64,000 nt of DNA from Macrostomum lignano (taxonomy: Eukaryota), in NCBI GenBank assembly GCA_002269645.1, contig NIVC01001287.1:4174-68173 (forward strand), written 5' to 3'. The notes below the pieces were generated by a model. The model had not been told where the DNA came from and searched no databases. It saw nothing but the letters and a program-made list of their open reading frames with translations. The position numbers and the translations under genes were made by a program. This document shows positions 1-11,731 of this stretch, piece by piece. The first letter of the stretch is position 1. The number at the start of each line of letters is the position of its first letter.

Positions 1-295
1 GCCTCCGCCGCCAGCCGCAATCAGCAGGGAGCTGCCGTTTGCCGTGTACACAAAGCTGCCACCGCCGCCGCCGCCGCAAGAAAACAACATCGCGGCTCCC
101 CGGCTTGTCCGACAACAATTTTCAGCAGATTTCCGGCCGTTAGGTTGAAATTTCCCAAGATCGCAGCTCCGGAGCCACCTGAAGAGTCAACATTCGAGTT
201 GTTCCCACCATTAGCTCCGACCACCTCGATACGGTAGCAGCCGGTCACGTTGATCACAGCATCCTGGATAGAGCCGTAACGGCCTGAGCTGCTGT
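1..295 (-). CDS. Exon encoding a glycine-rich domain (ALK/LTK GRD-type); gene runs off the window; 1-nt frameshift at the C-run 98-101
   Basis: Acceptor ttctactttcag| at 296. Reads SSSGRYGSIQDAVINVTGCYRIEVVGANGG...GGSGAAILGNFNLTAGNLLKIVVGQAG, then in a shifted frame GGGGGGSFVYTANGSSLLIAAGGGG, which are typical GRD motifs. Confidence 0.7.
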
Positions 296-326
296 CTGAA
301 AGTAGAATTTAAATCATGATGTTAAT

Positions 327-1167
327 CCTGATGCCCCTGGTGCTAAAGCCCCTGGTGCTAAAGCCCCTGGTGCTAAGATCCTGATGCTAAAGCCCCTGGT
401 GCTAAGATCCTGATGCTAAAGCCCCTGGTGCTAAAGCCCCTGGTGCTAAGATCCTGATGCTAAAGCCCCTGGTGCTAAAGCCCCTGGTGCTAAGATCCTG
501 ATGCTAAAGCCCCTGATGCTAAAGCCCTGGTGCTAAGATCCTGATGCTAAAGCCCTGGTGCTAAGATCCTGATGCTAAAGCCCCTGATGCTAAAGCCCCT
601 GATGCTAAAGCCCCTGGTGCTGAAGACTCTGGTGCTAAGATCCTGGTGCTAAAGCCCCTGGTGCTAAAGCCCCTGGTGCTAAAGCCCCTGGTGCTAAAGC
701 CCCTGGTGCTAAAGCCCCTGGTGCTAAAGCCTCTGGTGCTAAGATCCTGATGCTAAAGACCCTGATGCTGAAGACTCTGGTGCTAAAGCCCCTGGTGCTA
801 AAGCCCCTGGTGCTAAAGCCTCTGGTGCTAAGATCCTGATGCTAAAGACCCTGATGCTGAAGACTCTGGTGCTAAAGCCCCTGGTGCTAAAGCCCCTGGT
901 GCTAAAGCCTCTGGTGCTAAGATCCTGATGCTAAAGACCCTGATGCTGAAGACTCTGGTGCTAAAGCCCCTGGTGCTGAAGACTCTGGCGCTAAGATCCT
1001 GATGCTAAAGCCCCTGGTGCTAAAGCCCCTGGTGCTAAGATCCTGATGCTAAAGCCCCTGGTGCTAAAGCCCCTGGTGCTAAGATCCTGATGCTAAAGCC
1101 CCTGATGCTAAAGCCCCTGGTGCTAAGATCCTGATGCTAAAGCCCCTGGTGCTGAAGACTCTGGTGC
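327..1167. repeat. Intronic minisatellite of 14-15-bp units (AAAGCCCCTGGTGCT / AAGATCCTGATGCT variants)
   Basis: Direct tandem repetition seen in the sequence. Confidence 0.95.
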
Positions 1168-1337
1168 CGGCTAGCCCACTTTAATTTAACTTGCGCCCAA
1201 CAGAAAAATTGTATGTCTCTGGTAGAAGGAAGTGTGATTCTAAGATCCAATATGACCTCCATTGGTCTAATTGAATTCATGCACACCTAAAACCGTAATG
1301 TCGTACGTATCAATACTTTATTTCAGCGTACTCGTAC

Positions 1338-1760
1338 ATTTTAAGGCTGAAAAGACAAAGCAAAATAACGGTCTACGTAGCTCGTAATTTTCCCCTGACA
1401 AGAACGAATGTTGCTCACTGGAAAAAACAAGCGGCGAAAGGCGGAATTTCCGCGCAGCGAGAAGTTCATCGAATCCTTCCACAGTCCACACTTTTGCGCC
1501 ATCCTCGGAGCCAAGAACCCTACGCACGTGACTTCCGGGTGGTCCAAGGGTTCGAGAGGCGTCTTTTAGCATTAGGAGCTGACAGACTCGGACCGTCTCC
1601 ATGACAACGGCTAGAACGCAGCTGCGCAAGCGGCATAGCATCAGACAGTTCGGCACATTTGTCACGTCGGTGATGTTGACTATTTCAGTGCTGGTTGAAG
1701 CGCTGATGTTGATGGCCCCGGTGTTTAGCTCGTACTTTAGGCAATTGCGAGTACGTTTAG
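1338..1760 (-). CDS. Probable upstream exon of the GRD gene, encoding a PAN/apple-like domain; first exon not located
   Basis: ORF 1318-1827 contains NCLMLCRLRSCVLAVVMETVRVCQLL (PAN-like Cys spacing). Acceptor atgtttcag| and a phase-1 donor (t|gtacga at 1337) are compatible with the 295 exon. Boundaries are uncertain. Confidence 0.5.
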
Positions 1761-1859
1761 CTGAAACATTGGTGAAGAATTCAAGCAATGCAGCTTTACA
1801 TGTAAGTAGATAAGTCTGCTTGCGCAAGTATGTAAGACATTCATTTTTTCAGGTGCATC

Positions 1860-2222
1860 CACCAGGAGACAGGGCCACCCACCAAGAGACAGGGGCGCCC
1901 ACCAAGAGACAGGGGCGCCCACCAAGAGACAGGGGCCACTCACCAAGAGACAGGGGCCACTCACCAAGAGACAGGGGCCACTCACCAAGAGACAGGGGCA
2001 GCCACCAAGAGACAGGGGCACCCACCAAGAGACAGGGCCACTCACCAAGAGACAGGGGCACCCACCAAGAGACAGAGGCACCCACCAAAGAGACAGGGGC
2101 CACCCACCAAGAGACAGGGGCCACCCACCAAGAGACAGGGGCACCCACCAAGAGACAGGGTTTTCCACCTGGAGATAGGGGCGCTCACCAAGAGACAGGG
2201 TTTTCCACCAGGAGACAGGGGC
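1860..2222. repeat. About 21-bp minisatellite (CACCAAGAGACAGGGGC core)
   Basis: Tandem units; explains ORFs 1737-2240, 1820-2302 and 1849-2151. Confidence 0.95.
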
Positions 2223-2861
2223 CTCAACTAGGACAGGCATGGATAACAGAAGCAGAGAAGGGCGTGTGTTCTCAACCGAATTTGTCTAAGCACAGCAGTT
2301 GAGCTTTTTGTGCGTTTTAACTTTTTGGGCTTTATAGCTAGGTCTCAACTAGTCTGCATTCTTTGCTGGTAGTTTCCTTAATTGGCATCAATGCAGACCT
2401 AGATGCAGCTATTCCCGGAATCTCCTAGGCAAGTTTCAGTATTTGAATGGGGTAGCCAACCTATAGTTAGCTGATGAGGATGACTTGGTGAAGCCTACAA
2501 AGACGCTTAACGACATGTTCTTAAGCAGTGAAGGCATATTTACCAGTTTGCTTAATTGGCATTTACTCACGGAATCTGCAAAGCAAATTTCGACTCAGTC
2601 TTAAAATGGAAGCCACACTATAGTTAGTGCTGAGCGAGCGTCATGGACAAAAGGGAAGCCGGGCCGAGGGAGGGTGATACTGATATTGGATGTTTTTTGG
2701 AATCCTTGCTTAGCAACGCCTCAACTCAAGCAGCATGCGGTTTTCAGCTAATTGGCGCTGCTGTATAGTAGGCTTTCTAGCTGTAAATAAGAATGCCAAC
2801 TTAAGCCAGCCCCAAAAAGAGCAAGGCTTCGCTTGTGCTTTTGGTAGCTTTCTTCTGCAAC

Positions 2862-3994
2862 ATGTCTGCTTTTCTTATTGCTGCTGCAGTTCTCTTGAAC
2901 TGCGTGTCTCCGATTCTGACTGCCGCCAGCTCACAGTCGGGTAGGTCCATTGTAAAATTTGCTTGCTGAAAGCCTACTTGACGAGTGAAAAATTGGAAGA
3001 TAATTTGTTGTTATTATTTCAGTGCTTTCTTCTGCCGAGGTCTCGCCAACCACAGCTGCTCCGATGACGTCAGAGCCTGGTCGAAGCGTTGCCGACTGCG
3101 CGCTGAAATGCGAACCCCCGCATATGAAATTCTGCTCCGCCTTCGCCTTTGTCCCTGAGAGTAAGGTCTGCCTGCTCACAGAGGCGCAGAATGCCGACTT
3201 CGCATCCGTCGCTCCTAGCGGCTTGGTTTATCGAAAGAGCATCGATAGCGATAGTGAGTTGTGGGGAAATTAAATGTCATTGTAACAAATCTGTAAGGAT
3301 AAACTGTAGCTTGTAGTTTGTTAAACTGTTAGCTTGAACATCGAATTTCGCGTTTCTTTTATAGAAACTCTAGTGGAGATTAACGGCAAGAAATTCCAAG
3401 TAATCCAGCACAGGTCGAAGGGCGATCTCAGCTTTGCCAGGGGATGGACTCAGTATGAGGACGGATTTGGAGATGAGACAGACTTCTGGATCGGTGAGCA
3501 AAGTTAATTGTTTTAATTCAATAATTAAGTGCAAGAATTGTACAGTACCAAAAGCAACTGTAATTTTAGGTCTTCGCAAAATCCACGAGCTGACTGGTAG
3601 CTCACCAAAGCTTCTACGAGTCGAGGCTGTCACCTGGTCGGATGAGCTCTACGTCAGCGAGCACTCTGGCTTCTCTGTGGCCGATGCCAGCACAAACTAC
3701 AAAATGAGCTACACTTCGTTTTTGAGCGATAGGTCCAACACGACCGAAAACCCGCTTAAAAATCTGGATGGAATGCAGTTCTCCACCATGGACCGTGACA
3801 ACGATGGGGGCTCTGGCACTTGTTCCAATGGCCGCGGAAACGCGGGCTGGTGGTTCAAGAACTGCGGCTATTCCAATCCGAACGGGGTCTATCACAACTC
3901 TGCTGTGATTCACAGCTCAGCCATGCATTGGCTGGGCACCGCACCCATAAAAACCGCGCTGAAGAGCATTCAAATGATGATCCAGTTGGCTTAA
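2862..3994 (+). CDS. Secreted PAN/apple + fibrinogen C-terminal (FReD) protein, about 287 aa; exons 2862-2940, 3023-3253, 3365-3493, 3570-3994
   Basis: Signal peptide MSAFLIAAAVLLNCVSPILTA. PAN-like DCALKC..FCSAFAF..CLL. FReD motifs FARGWTQYEDGFGD..FWIGL, FSTMDRDND, GWWFKNC..SNPNG. All introns are GT-AG and phase-consistent. Confidence 0.9.
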
Positions 3995-5570
3995 CTAATA
4001 ACCAGTGTACTCTGTGTGTAACAGTTTATAAATTACGTCTCGTATGCACCGAAAATAAAGTTAATCTTCTTTCTACTATATTTTCTAATTCCAGATTGAA
4101 TATAATAACTATTCTATACTATTACTGAAACCAGCGCATATAATTACAGCATGTAAAACTAATTTTTCAACGATACTGAACCTTCAAAACCTTGAATTAA
4201 AGCATATTTCTTTTTCTGTTGGTAGTTTTTAGGCTTTTAGTTTTTAATCTCGTGATAATTTTGATGTTTGAAATAAACAAATATATATTTAACATGTATA
4301 GAGGCTCTACGGGCCGGAGTTTATCGAACACTGCTCTATCAAACTCATACTAGCGTATCGATCACACAGACAGACAGAACTCACCGTTCCCCATTCCTGA
4401 GTAACAGCCGAGAAGAAGAAGAAGAACTGCTAGCTCGCGAATTCCCAGCATTTTCTCTTCACGTTAAATCCAAGCCATGGCAAAAATTCTGTTAATCAAG
4501 TCTATACCTTTATTTATAGAGTTTGTGAAGCATTAAAAAAATGACAATTGCCTATCATGGGTCATGATGCCTTTGGAGTGAGCTTTTGAAAAAGCTTTTC
4601 GGGAAAAAAGCTTGGTATAACATGCTATAACGAGAATCCCGACACCCGACCTGACCTCTCATTATAGTGGCGGGCGACTAACAGGGGGCTTTGATCGATG
4701 GGGCCGCGCCAGCGGAAACGGTTCCCAGAAGAAAAGCTGGATACTGCCGTGGTAATGATGAGGTCAAAAAGAATAGGAACCAGCCGTTAGAAAGAGGATG
4801 AAGGCTGCATGTAAAGTTAGAAGAGTTGAAAAGAGAGATATACCATGAGATGCAGTAGAATATAGCAATACCCTCTCTCATCGTTAAATGCTTACGATTC
4901 AAGTTCAAGTTAACGAGCTGCTGTATGCATCCGTTTTCACGTTTGTTTTGTTCTCAAGGAGTTAAAAGGGTTTTTTTAAAAAGACTGTCTTTGAGGCGCT
5001 GACAAAGGAAGCCAGCAGCCAGCAGTGAGTCGAGATGATGGTGAAAAAACAAGCCAAGCACACTTGATGAGAATCGAATGCTTTTTTATCGTAAGCTACA
5101 TCGGCAGTGAAGACTCGCTCGATTACAAGCTAGAAGTTGGATTACAATTTACAAAATTCTTCATCTAATGCACACGCCCATGCAGATCTTTGGCGCCGCA
5201 GCCAGGCGCACTTAGTTATTAGCAAAATTATTTATCCGAATAGTTCCTGTGACCTTAACAGTAGAAAGACCATGGGGTGTATTTGAAATACACACATTTT
5301 TCTTTTGGTGGATCTCCAAAAATATTCAGCCAATTGTTATGAAAATCCAGAACACTGGCTAAAATTTTCCGCTCTACTCGATGAAGCAACTTTGAGAATC
5401 ACGAAAAATCGGCATCGTTGAGATATTCAACGATTCTCCTCGGGGTGCCTGGTGGCAAAAACCACCAACATTGGCAAAATTTTTCTGCTTAAAATCATCA
5501 TGAAACAACGTCGGCTCAACAAACTATGCATATCAGTTGCAGGGACTTTTGCTCTCAGCATCCCAGGCAC

Positions 5571-6312
5571 CAGGGTCCCCTTCATCACCGTCTGTAGCAT
5601 CGGCGGCGACCGTCGGGACCTTCAACAAAAGCACCAGATCGGCATCTCAGAGACGGCTGCGTTCCCAAAACTCAAATGGAAGAATCCTCTGCATGCAGCT
5701 TTCAGTCAGTAGACATAATCGGTGAATGAAATGGACGATGGCGACTCTCTAGGCTGACCTGTAGACATACAGGCGAACTTCGGGACCTTCAACGGAGTGC
5801 CACCACGCGGCCCTGATGAGCTGGCACCCCCAACATCGTGATTTTTCTATCAAAATGAAAAATCAAAAAAGCATGTCAAAAATAGCGCTGTAATATCATT
5901 TTTGACATGCTGTAGTCATTTTTGAAAAAATTAATATTTTATATTTTTCAGTCGCCAATTAAATCTGTAACCCTCCAATTTAAAGTGCAAAAGCATTGCA
6001 TAATATGCAGACAGGCCTGGTTTGGTGCCTTGACAGAAAAATCACGATGTTGGTGGTGCCAGCTCGTCAGGGCCGCGTGGTGGCACTCCGTTGAAGGTCC
6101 CGAAGTTCGCCTGTATGCCTACAGGTCAGTCTAGAGAGTCGCCATCGTCCATTTCATTCACCGATTATGTCTACTGACTGAAAGCTGCATGCAGAGGTTT
6201 CTTCCATTTGAGTTTTGGGAACGCAGCCGTCTCTGCGATGCCGATCGGGTGCTTTTGTTGAAGGTCCGTACGGTTGCCGCCGATGCTACAGACGGTGATG
6301 AAGGGGACCCTG
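5571..6312. mobile_element. Foldback / long inverted-repeat element: arms 5571-5854 and 6030-6312, spacer about 175 bp
   Basis: The arms are near-identical reverse complements, starting CAGGGTCCCC and ending GGGGACCCTG. No TSD found. Confidence 0.75.
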
Positions 6313-6959
6313 ATGTCGGATGACTTTGAAAGTTAGTTTGTCGGAAAGGGCGGAAAAGTTTGATCCATTTGGTGGACTTTTACGAAAATCGGTAATTCGG
6401 TTTGCGAGCTATCGTGAAATGGGTCCCGTGGTCTTTATACTGTTAATGAACTGCACCTGTGTCTTTATGAAAGGCAGACGCACCGAGTACCTGTGACCTT
6501 AATGAACTGCTACTTTTACATTCGCCGTTAAAGCCTGAATGACACGCAGTTTTTGAATAATTATTTAAAGAAAAGGAATCATTAATAAAGAATGACAAGC
6601 GGTACTAAATGTTGATATAAATTTTCAAATACAAGCCATGCCCATTAAACAAAAAAGCCACATAAACACAACAACATATTCATGCTAATAATATTTTGGC
6701 AGCAAACAAATTATATATTGCCGACAAAAAAGACATATAAACAGCAGTAGCACGAGAAATTGTTTGTAATACGGAAATTTTAAACTGTGGATATTTTTCG
6801 AAGAGTAAACGCTGAGCATAAAATAAGAAATCGTTGAAGAAATATTGCACAATGGTGGAGAGGGATGCGTGTGGTTAGTTTGCTTGCGTGATTTAAACGT
6901 TGCTTTTGCTGTTTTTCCTTCACAAAAAATTGATCAATTCTTCCCCCTAGAACTCTTTA

Positions 6960-7640
6960 ATTCGCCCTTAGACTCAAAATCGTTCTCAGATGCTCAAAAT
7001 TACTCTCACACTTTGAAAATAGCCTCAGACACTCAAAATTTCCCTCAGACTTTGAAAATCGCCTCAGACTCAAAATTTCCCTCAGACTCTTAAAATCGTT
7101 CTCAGATGCTCAAAATCGCTCTCACACTTTATAAAATCGCCTTAGACTCTTAAAATCGCCCTCAGACGCTCAAAATCGCCATCAGACTTTGAAAATCGCC
7201 TCAGACGCTCAAAATCGCCATCAGACTTTGAAAATCGCCCTCAGAGTCTTAAAATCGTTCTCAGATGCTCAAAATCGCCATCAGACTCTTAAATCGTTCT
7301 CAGATGCTCAAAATCGCCATCAGACTCTTAAAATCGTTCTCAGATGCTCAAAATCGCCATCAGACTTTGAAAATCGCCTCAGACGCTCAAAATCGCCATC
7401 AGACTTTGAAAATCGCCCTCAGACTCTTAAAATCGTTCTCAGATGCTCAAAATCGCCATCAGACTCTTAAATCGTTCTCAGATGCTCAAAATCGCCATCA
7501 GACTTTGAAAATCGCCTCAGACGCTCAAAATCGCTATCAGACTTTGAAAATCGCCTCAGACGCCCAAAACCACCCTCAGACGCTCAAAATCGCCATCAGA
7601 CTTTGAAAATCGCCCTCAGACTCTAAAAATCGCCCCCAGA
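6960..7640. repeat. About 20-bp minisatellite (TCAGACTYTNAAAATCGCCM)
   Basis: Tandem units; same core as the reverse-oriented array at 13325-13630. Confidence 0.95.
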
Positions 7641-8190
7641 CTGTAAACAAACGACAAAAAACGCAAATTTGGCTACTGAGAGAAACAAGTAGATAGGCGC
7701 AATTTTCGGGATTGATACAAAGAGTAAGGTCAAGAGTATGGGGGTACATTGTAGGCAATTCCAGGTGCGCAAAATTGCACAAAATATTTGGTTAAATAAA
7801 GCGCGACGTAAAAACTCGTAGTAGGCTAATCATTAATACTACTTGTATTTTGGCAAATTAGTAGTATTAAATGGATTTTAACAGACAACAAATTGAAATT
7901 CTACAATAAAAAACGAATAAAGTTCACGGAAGCGAACCAACTGATAGCTGTATAAATATTTGAAATTGTTGAGACAAAAAAAACGAAAAAAATAGTTAGT
8001 CAAAAAGGAAAACAATTGTTATATTGCATTGGATTAGATGAGAAAGATAAATATAGTGGAGCAGGTGTTCAAGATACTCGAACAAAATTAAAGCACCAGT
8101 ATTTAGGCAGAGTTAATCAACTCAATACTTCTTAAATTTCTTATTGAAGTTTATAATTTTGCAAGCTTTTATTTACGAACTATATTTCAG

Positions 8191-8648
8191 CAGGGTTCGG
8201 CAAACTTTTCACCTCAACGACCAGATAGGGAAACTAGCGCATGGCTTCGGGCCAGAGGAAAGGAGAGAGTAAAGGGAATAGAGAGGAGAAAGGAGATGTT
8301 AATGAATGAATGAATGAAGGGAGAGAAGAGATTTAAAAAGAAGAGAGAGGAGAGGAGACGAGAGAAGAGGAGGTGAGGGAGAAGGGAGAAGAAAGGAGAG
8401 GAGAGGAGAGAAGGGAGAGAAGGGAGAGGAAAAGGGAGATGAGAGGAGAGAGGAAAGGAGAGGAGAGGAAAAAAGAGATGAGAGGAGATGAGATGAGAGG
8501 AGAGGAGATGACAGGAGAGATAAGAAGAGAGGTGAGAGAAGAGAGCTGAGAAGAGACACAAACCTTGAGCAGGCCAGATTTCCAATGTGAAGTTTCAAAG
8601 GACCCGAGGGCCGGATAGAGGCTTTGCGGGTCTGTTTGCCTTTCGCTA
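8191..8648. mobile_element. Degenerate hAT(Charlie)-like MITE with GA-rich interior
   Basis: Starts CAGGGTTCGGCAAACTTTT. Its right subterminal TGTGAAGTTTCAAAGGACCCGAGGGCCGGA also occurs, inverted, at 51390-51450. Confidence 0.55.
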
Positions 8649-8697
8649 TAAACAACGGCTTACAAATATTAGTAGAAAAACAGTCCAGTCATTGAGT

Positions 8698-10495
8698 TTA
8701 GATATCGGTCATCAATCTAGACCGGCTACTGTCCACTTTGTCAACAATTAAATCGCGAATTGCTTGCGTTCTGGCCGAATCAATCGATACGTATTTTAAA
8801 ACGTCCGATGAATCTTCGGCTAGCGGTTCGTCTCTGACAGCGGCTGCTGCAGCTGAGGTGGCGCCAACAGCGGCCCTAGAGCTGCTGCTATCTAGATACT
8901 GAAGCGAGTCCTGCATCACCTGAGACCAGTCAATCTGCGCATACCTACCCGAACTAACATGGTTAGTTGGAGATGGCAGATTCTGATAAAGTGCTTGGCT
9001 AGTAGCATCTGTCAGCGTTTCAGCCGTGTCGCTAACGCCGTCAGAGTAACCGACGTACAAGTCGAATGTACTCTGACGCTGCAGGTCCGGCGCGGACACT
9101 GGCAGAACGTATTCGTCTGCGATGACAGCGGGGAGGCCGACTGCTGCTGCTGCTGCACTGTGACGGCCTGACGGAGTCGCTGAACTGCCGGCTGATGTGC
9201 CAGATGTAGAAGCACGTCTGCTGCCTGCGAAAATTTTTGAGTCATTTTTTGAGACCGTTTTTAAGCGCTGGAATGACACTGCCATTTAGTCTCTACAATA
9301 CTCTTTACACACTATACTGAACCTCTTTGATGCACAGATGTTGCGACAGTCTACAGACTCAATGTTTACAGGTTACTCAAAATGTGACAATGGCAACACG
9401 TCTTTTTTTTAAATCCTAAGATTTACGAATTATAGAAAATGTGCAACTTAAAAGCCTTAGAGAGGGGGTTGCAGCCTAGTGGTCAGAGCGCCGGATTCAC
9501 GACTTGAAGGTCGGGGGTTCGATTCCCGATCCTATTGGAACAATTTGTGTCCTTGTCATTGAGCAAGACTCTTAACTCTGCATTGCTTCAGTTCACTCAG
9601 CTGTAAAATGGGTGCCAGCATTGGCTGAGGTAATGAGGGTGTGTGTGGCGACCTCCCCCCAGTCTCTGGACAGAACAGCCGTACGCAGCCTGTCGGTTGC
9701 ACATCTGGCCCGATTGGGGCAGGTGTAATCAATTATTATTATCATTATTAGTTCAACAGGCAAACAATAACAGATAAAAAACTAACTAGGCATCATCAGT
9801 AAATAGCCGTCCAAATCCTCTGCAGTCTCATCATTGCCATTTTGTCTGTTGCTGCTGCTCCGCCGTCGACGCGTTGTCGAATTACCGACATCGGCCAGAC
9901 TAGCTGATGCAAGAGTTGTCGTCAGAGTCTCAAAACTCGAAGCAGAGATGCTGGTCAGTCGATCTTGCGCAACCGACGATGTCGGAGCCGGCGTAGGCGG
10001 CAGCGGCAATGTCGGCGAGACCTGTTGTCGCTGTGTCTGCGTCGGCGTCATAATCGGTGCTGAAAGTCTGTCCGGTCGGTAAGACGACGACGACTGCGAG
10101 TTAGAAGACGACGGAAAGGACACCTCGGTGGACAGTCGATGAGCTCTACCAATGAAGCTGGACGAGATGAGGCTGCTGGATAGAGTTTTACTGCAGCGTA
10201 AAGTCATTTTACCTTCACCAAAGCAGCTGGACCGGCCCAGACTAATAATAATAACTCTACCCAGCTGGTTGAGTGCTCGAATATGAAAGTAACTGATCTC
10301 GCACACTCGAATGCTATCGTGACGGCCAACTAAGTCCATTTTCTCTGGATGTAAGCGCAATAAGTATTTGTTAGTTCGGCGTAGTAAAGCAGTAGTTAGC
10401 GGACTGGGAGGCAGTTCTAACACTTTCACTTTGTAGCCGCGCATGTCCATTATGGACGGGTGAAGCATACTCAGGTGAGAGCTTTTCTGGCCCAT
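8698..10495 (-). CDS. FRS2/DOK-like adaptor (N-myristoylation motif + IRS-type PTB domain + Tyr docking motifs), about 411 aa; exons 10495-9787 and 9224-8698
   Basis: MGQKSS fits MGxxxS. PTB-like IIISLGRSSCFGEGKMTL. Motifs YLLM, YVLP, YQNL, YAQID, YVSID. Phase-1 intron gttagt...ttttcgcag joins the two ORFs in frame. Confidence 0.75.
9464..9750 (+). mobile_element. tRNA-derived CORE-type SINE in the adaptor gene intron
   Basis: A box (CAGCCTAGTGG), B box (GGTTCGATTCC), MIR-CORE-like TGAGCAAGACTCTTAAC...CTCAGCTGTAAAATGGG, and an (ATT)n tail. Confidence 0.8.
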
Positions 10496-10587
10496 GCTAA
10501 TTGCTTTGCCTCGGGGCTGCGGGTGTCAGCAAAGGTGGTTAGCAAAACTGATTTCTTTAAAAATCCTACTGAACACTTACTGAAAAA

Positions 10588-11530
10588 CCGGAAGTGACTC
10601 TGATCGAAGAGACTATAGCACTGATTGAAAAAAACCGGAAGTGACTCTTATTGAACACACTATGGCACTGATTGACAGACCGGAAGTGACTCTTATTGAA
10701 CAGACTATGGCACTGATTGACACCGGAAGTGACTCTTATTGAACACACTATGGCACTGATTGACAGACCGGAAGTGACTCTTATTGAACAGACTATGGCA
10801 CTGATTGACACCGGAAGTGACTCTTATTGAACACACTATGGCACTGATTGACACACCGGAAGTGACTCTTATCGAATAGACTATAGCACTGATTGACACA
10901 CCGGAAGTGACTCTTATTGAAGAGACTATAGCACTGATTGACACACCGGAAGTGACTCTTATCGAAGAGACTATAGCACTGATTGACACACCGGAAGTGA
11001 CTCTTATTGAAGAGACTATAGCACGGATTGACACACCCCGGAAGTGACTCTTATTGAAGAGACTATAGCACTGATTGACACACCGGAAGTGACTCTTATT
11101 GAAGAGACTATAGCACTGATTGACACACCGGAAGTGACTCTTATTGAAGAGACTATAGCACTGATTGACACACCGGAAGTGACTCTTATCGAAGAGACTA
11201 TAGCACTGATTGACACACCGGAAGTGACTCTTATTGAAGAGACTATAGCACTGATTGACACACCCCGGAAGTGACTCTTATTGAAGAGACTATAGCACTG
11301 ATTGACACACCGGAAGTGACTCTTATCGAAGACACTATAGCACTGATTGACACACCGGAAGTGACTCTTATTGAAGAGACTATAGCACTGATTGACACAC
11401 CGGAAGTGACTCTTATTGAAGAGACTATAGCACTGATTGACACACCCCGGAAGTGACTCTTATCGAAGACACTATAGCACTGATTCAAGCACCGGAAGTG
11501 ATGACTCAACGAAAACAGCTCTTGCAGTGA
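10588..11530. repeat. 45-bp minisatellite, about 22 units, each containing CCGGAAGTG
   Basis: Unit CCGGAAGTGACTCTTATTGAAGAGACTATAGCACTGATTGACACA; no unique spacers. Confidence 0.95.
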
Positions 11531-11731
11531 TTAAAGCACCGGAAGTGTAAATTTGATTACTACAAAACAAAAAAATAACATCCAAACAGATAGAATTCCA
11601 AAAAGCGATTCACAAAATATATTTCACTGCTAGTGCAGTTTAAACAAGCAGTTTGCCTAAACAATAACTCGCATTGCAAAGCCTATTAAAAGGTCAAAGT
11701 CAATCTAAATATGAAAGTAATTTCCTTCGCT

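Noticed and set aside
1601-1852. Plus-strand ORF 1601-1813 with a clean-looking intron gtaagt...ttttttcag (1802-1852)
   Set aside because: It is antisense to the PAN-like exon, splices into a minisatellite and gives no recognisable protein. Unresolved without stranded RNA data.
4678-4910. ORF with AFLLGT next to TTCAAGTTCAAG, reminiscent of a LINE 3' end
   Set aside because: Too short, orientation of tail and motif is inconsistent, and no RT motifs are present.
2472-5825. CTGATGAG words (about 2472 and 5814) suggesting hammerhead ribozymes
   Set aside because: No stem II followed by GAAA, and no closing stems.
9464-9540. tRNA-like sequence (also at 17973 and 39877)
   Set aside because: No complete cloverleaf or acceptor stem; it continues into SINE body sequence.
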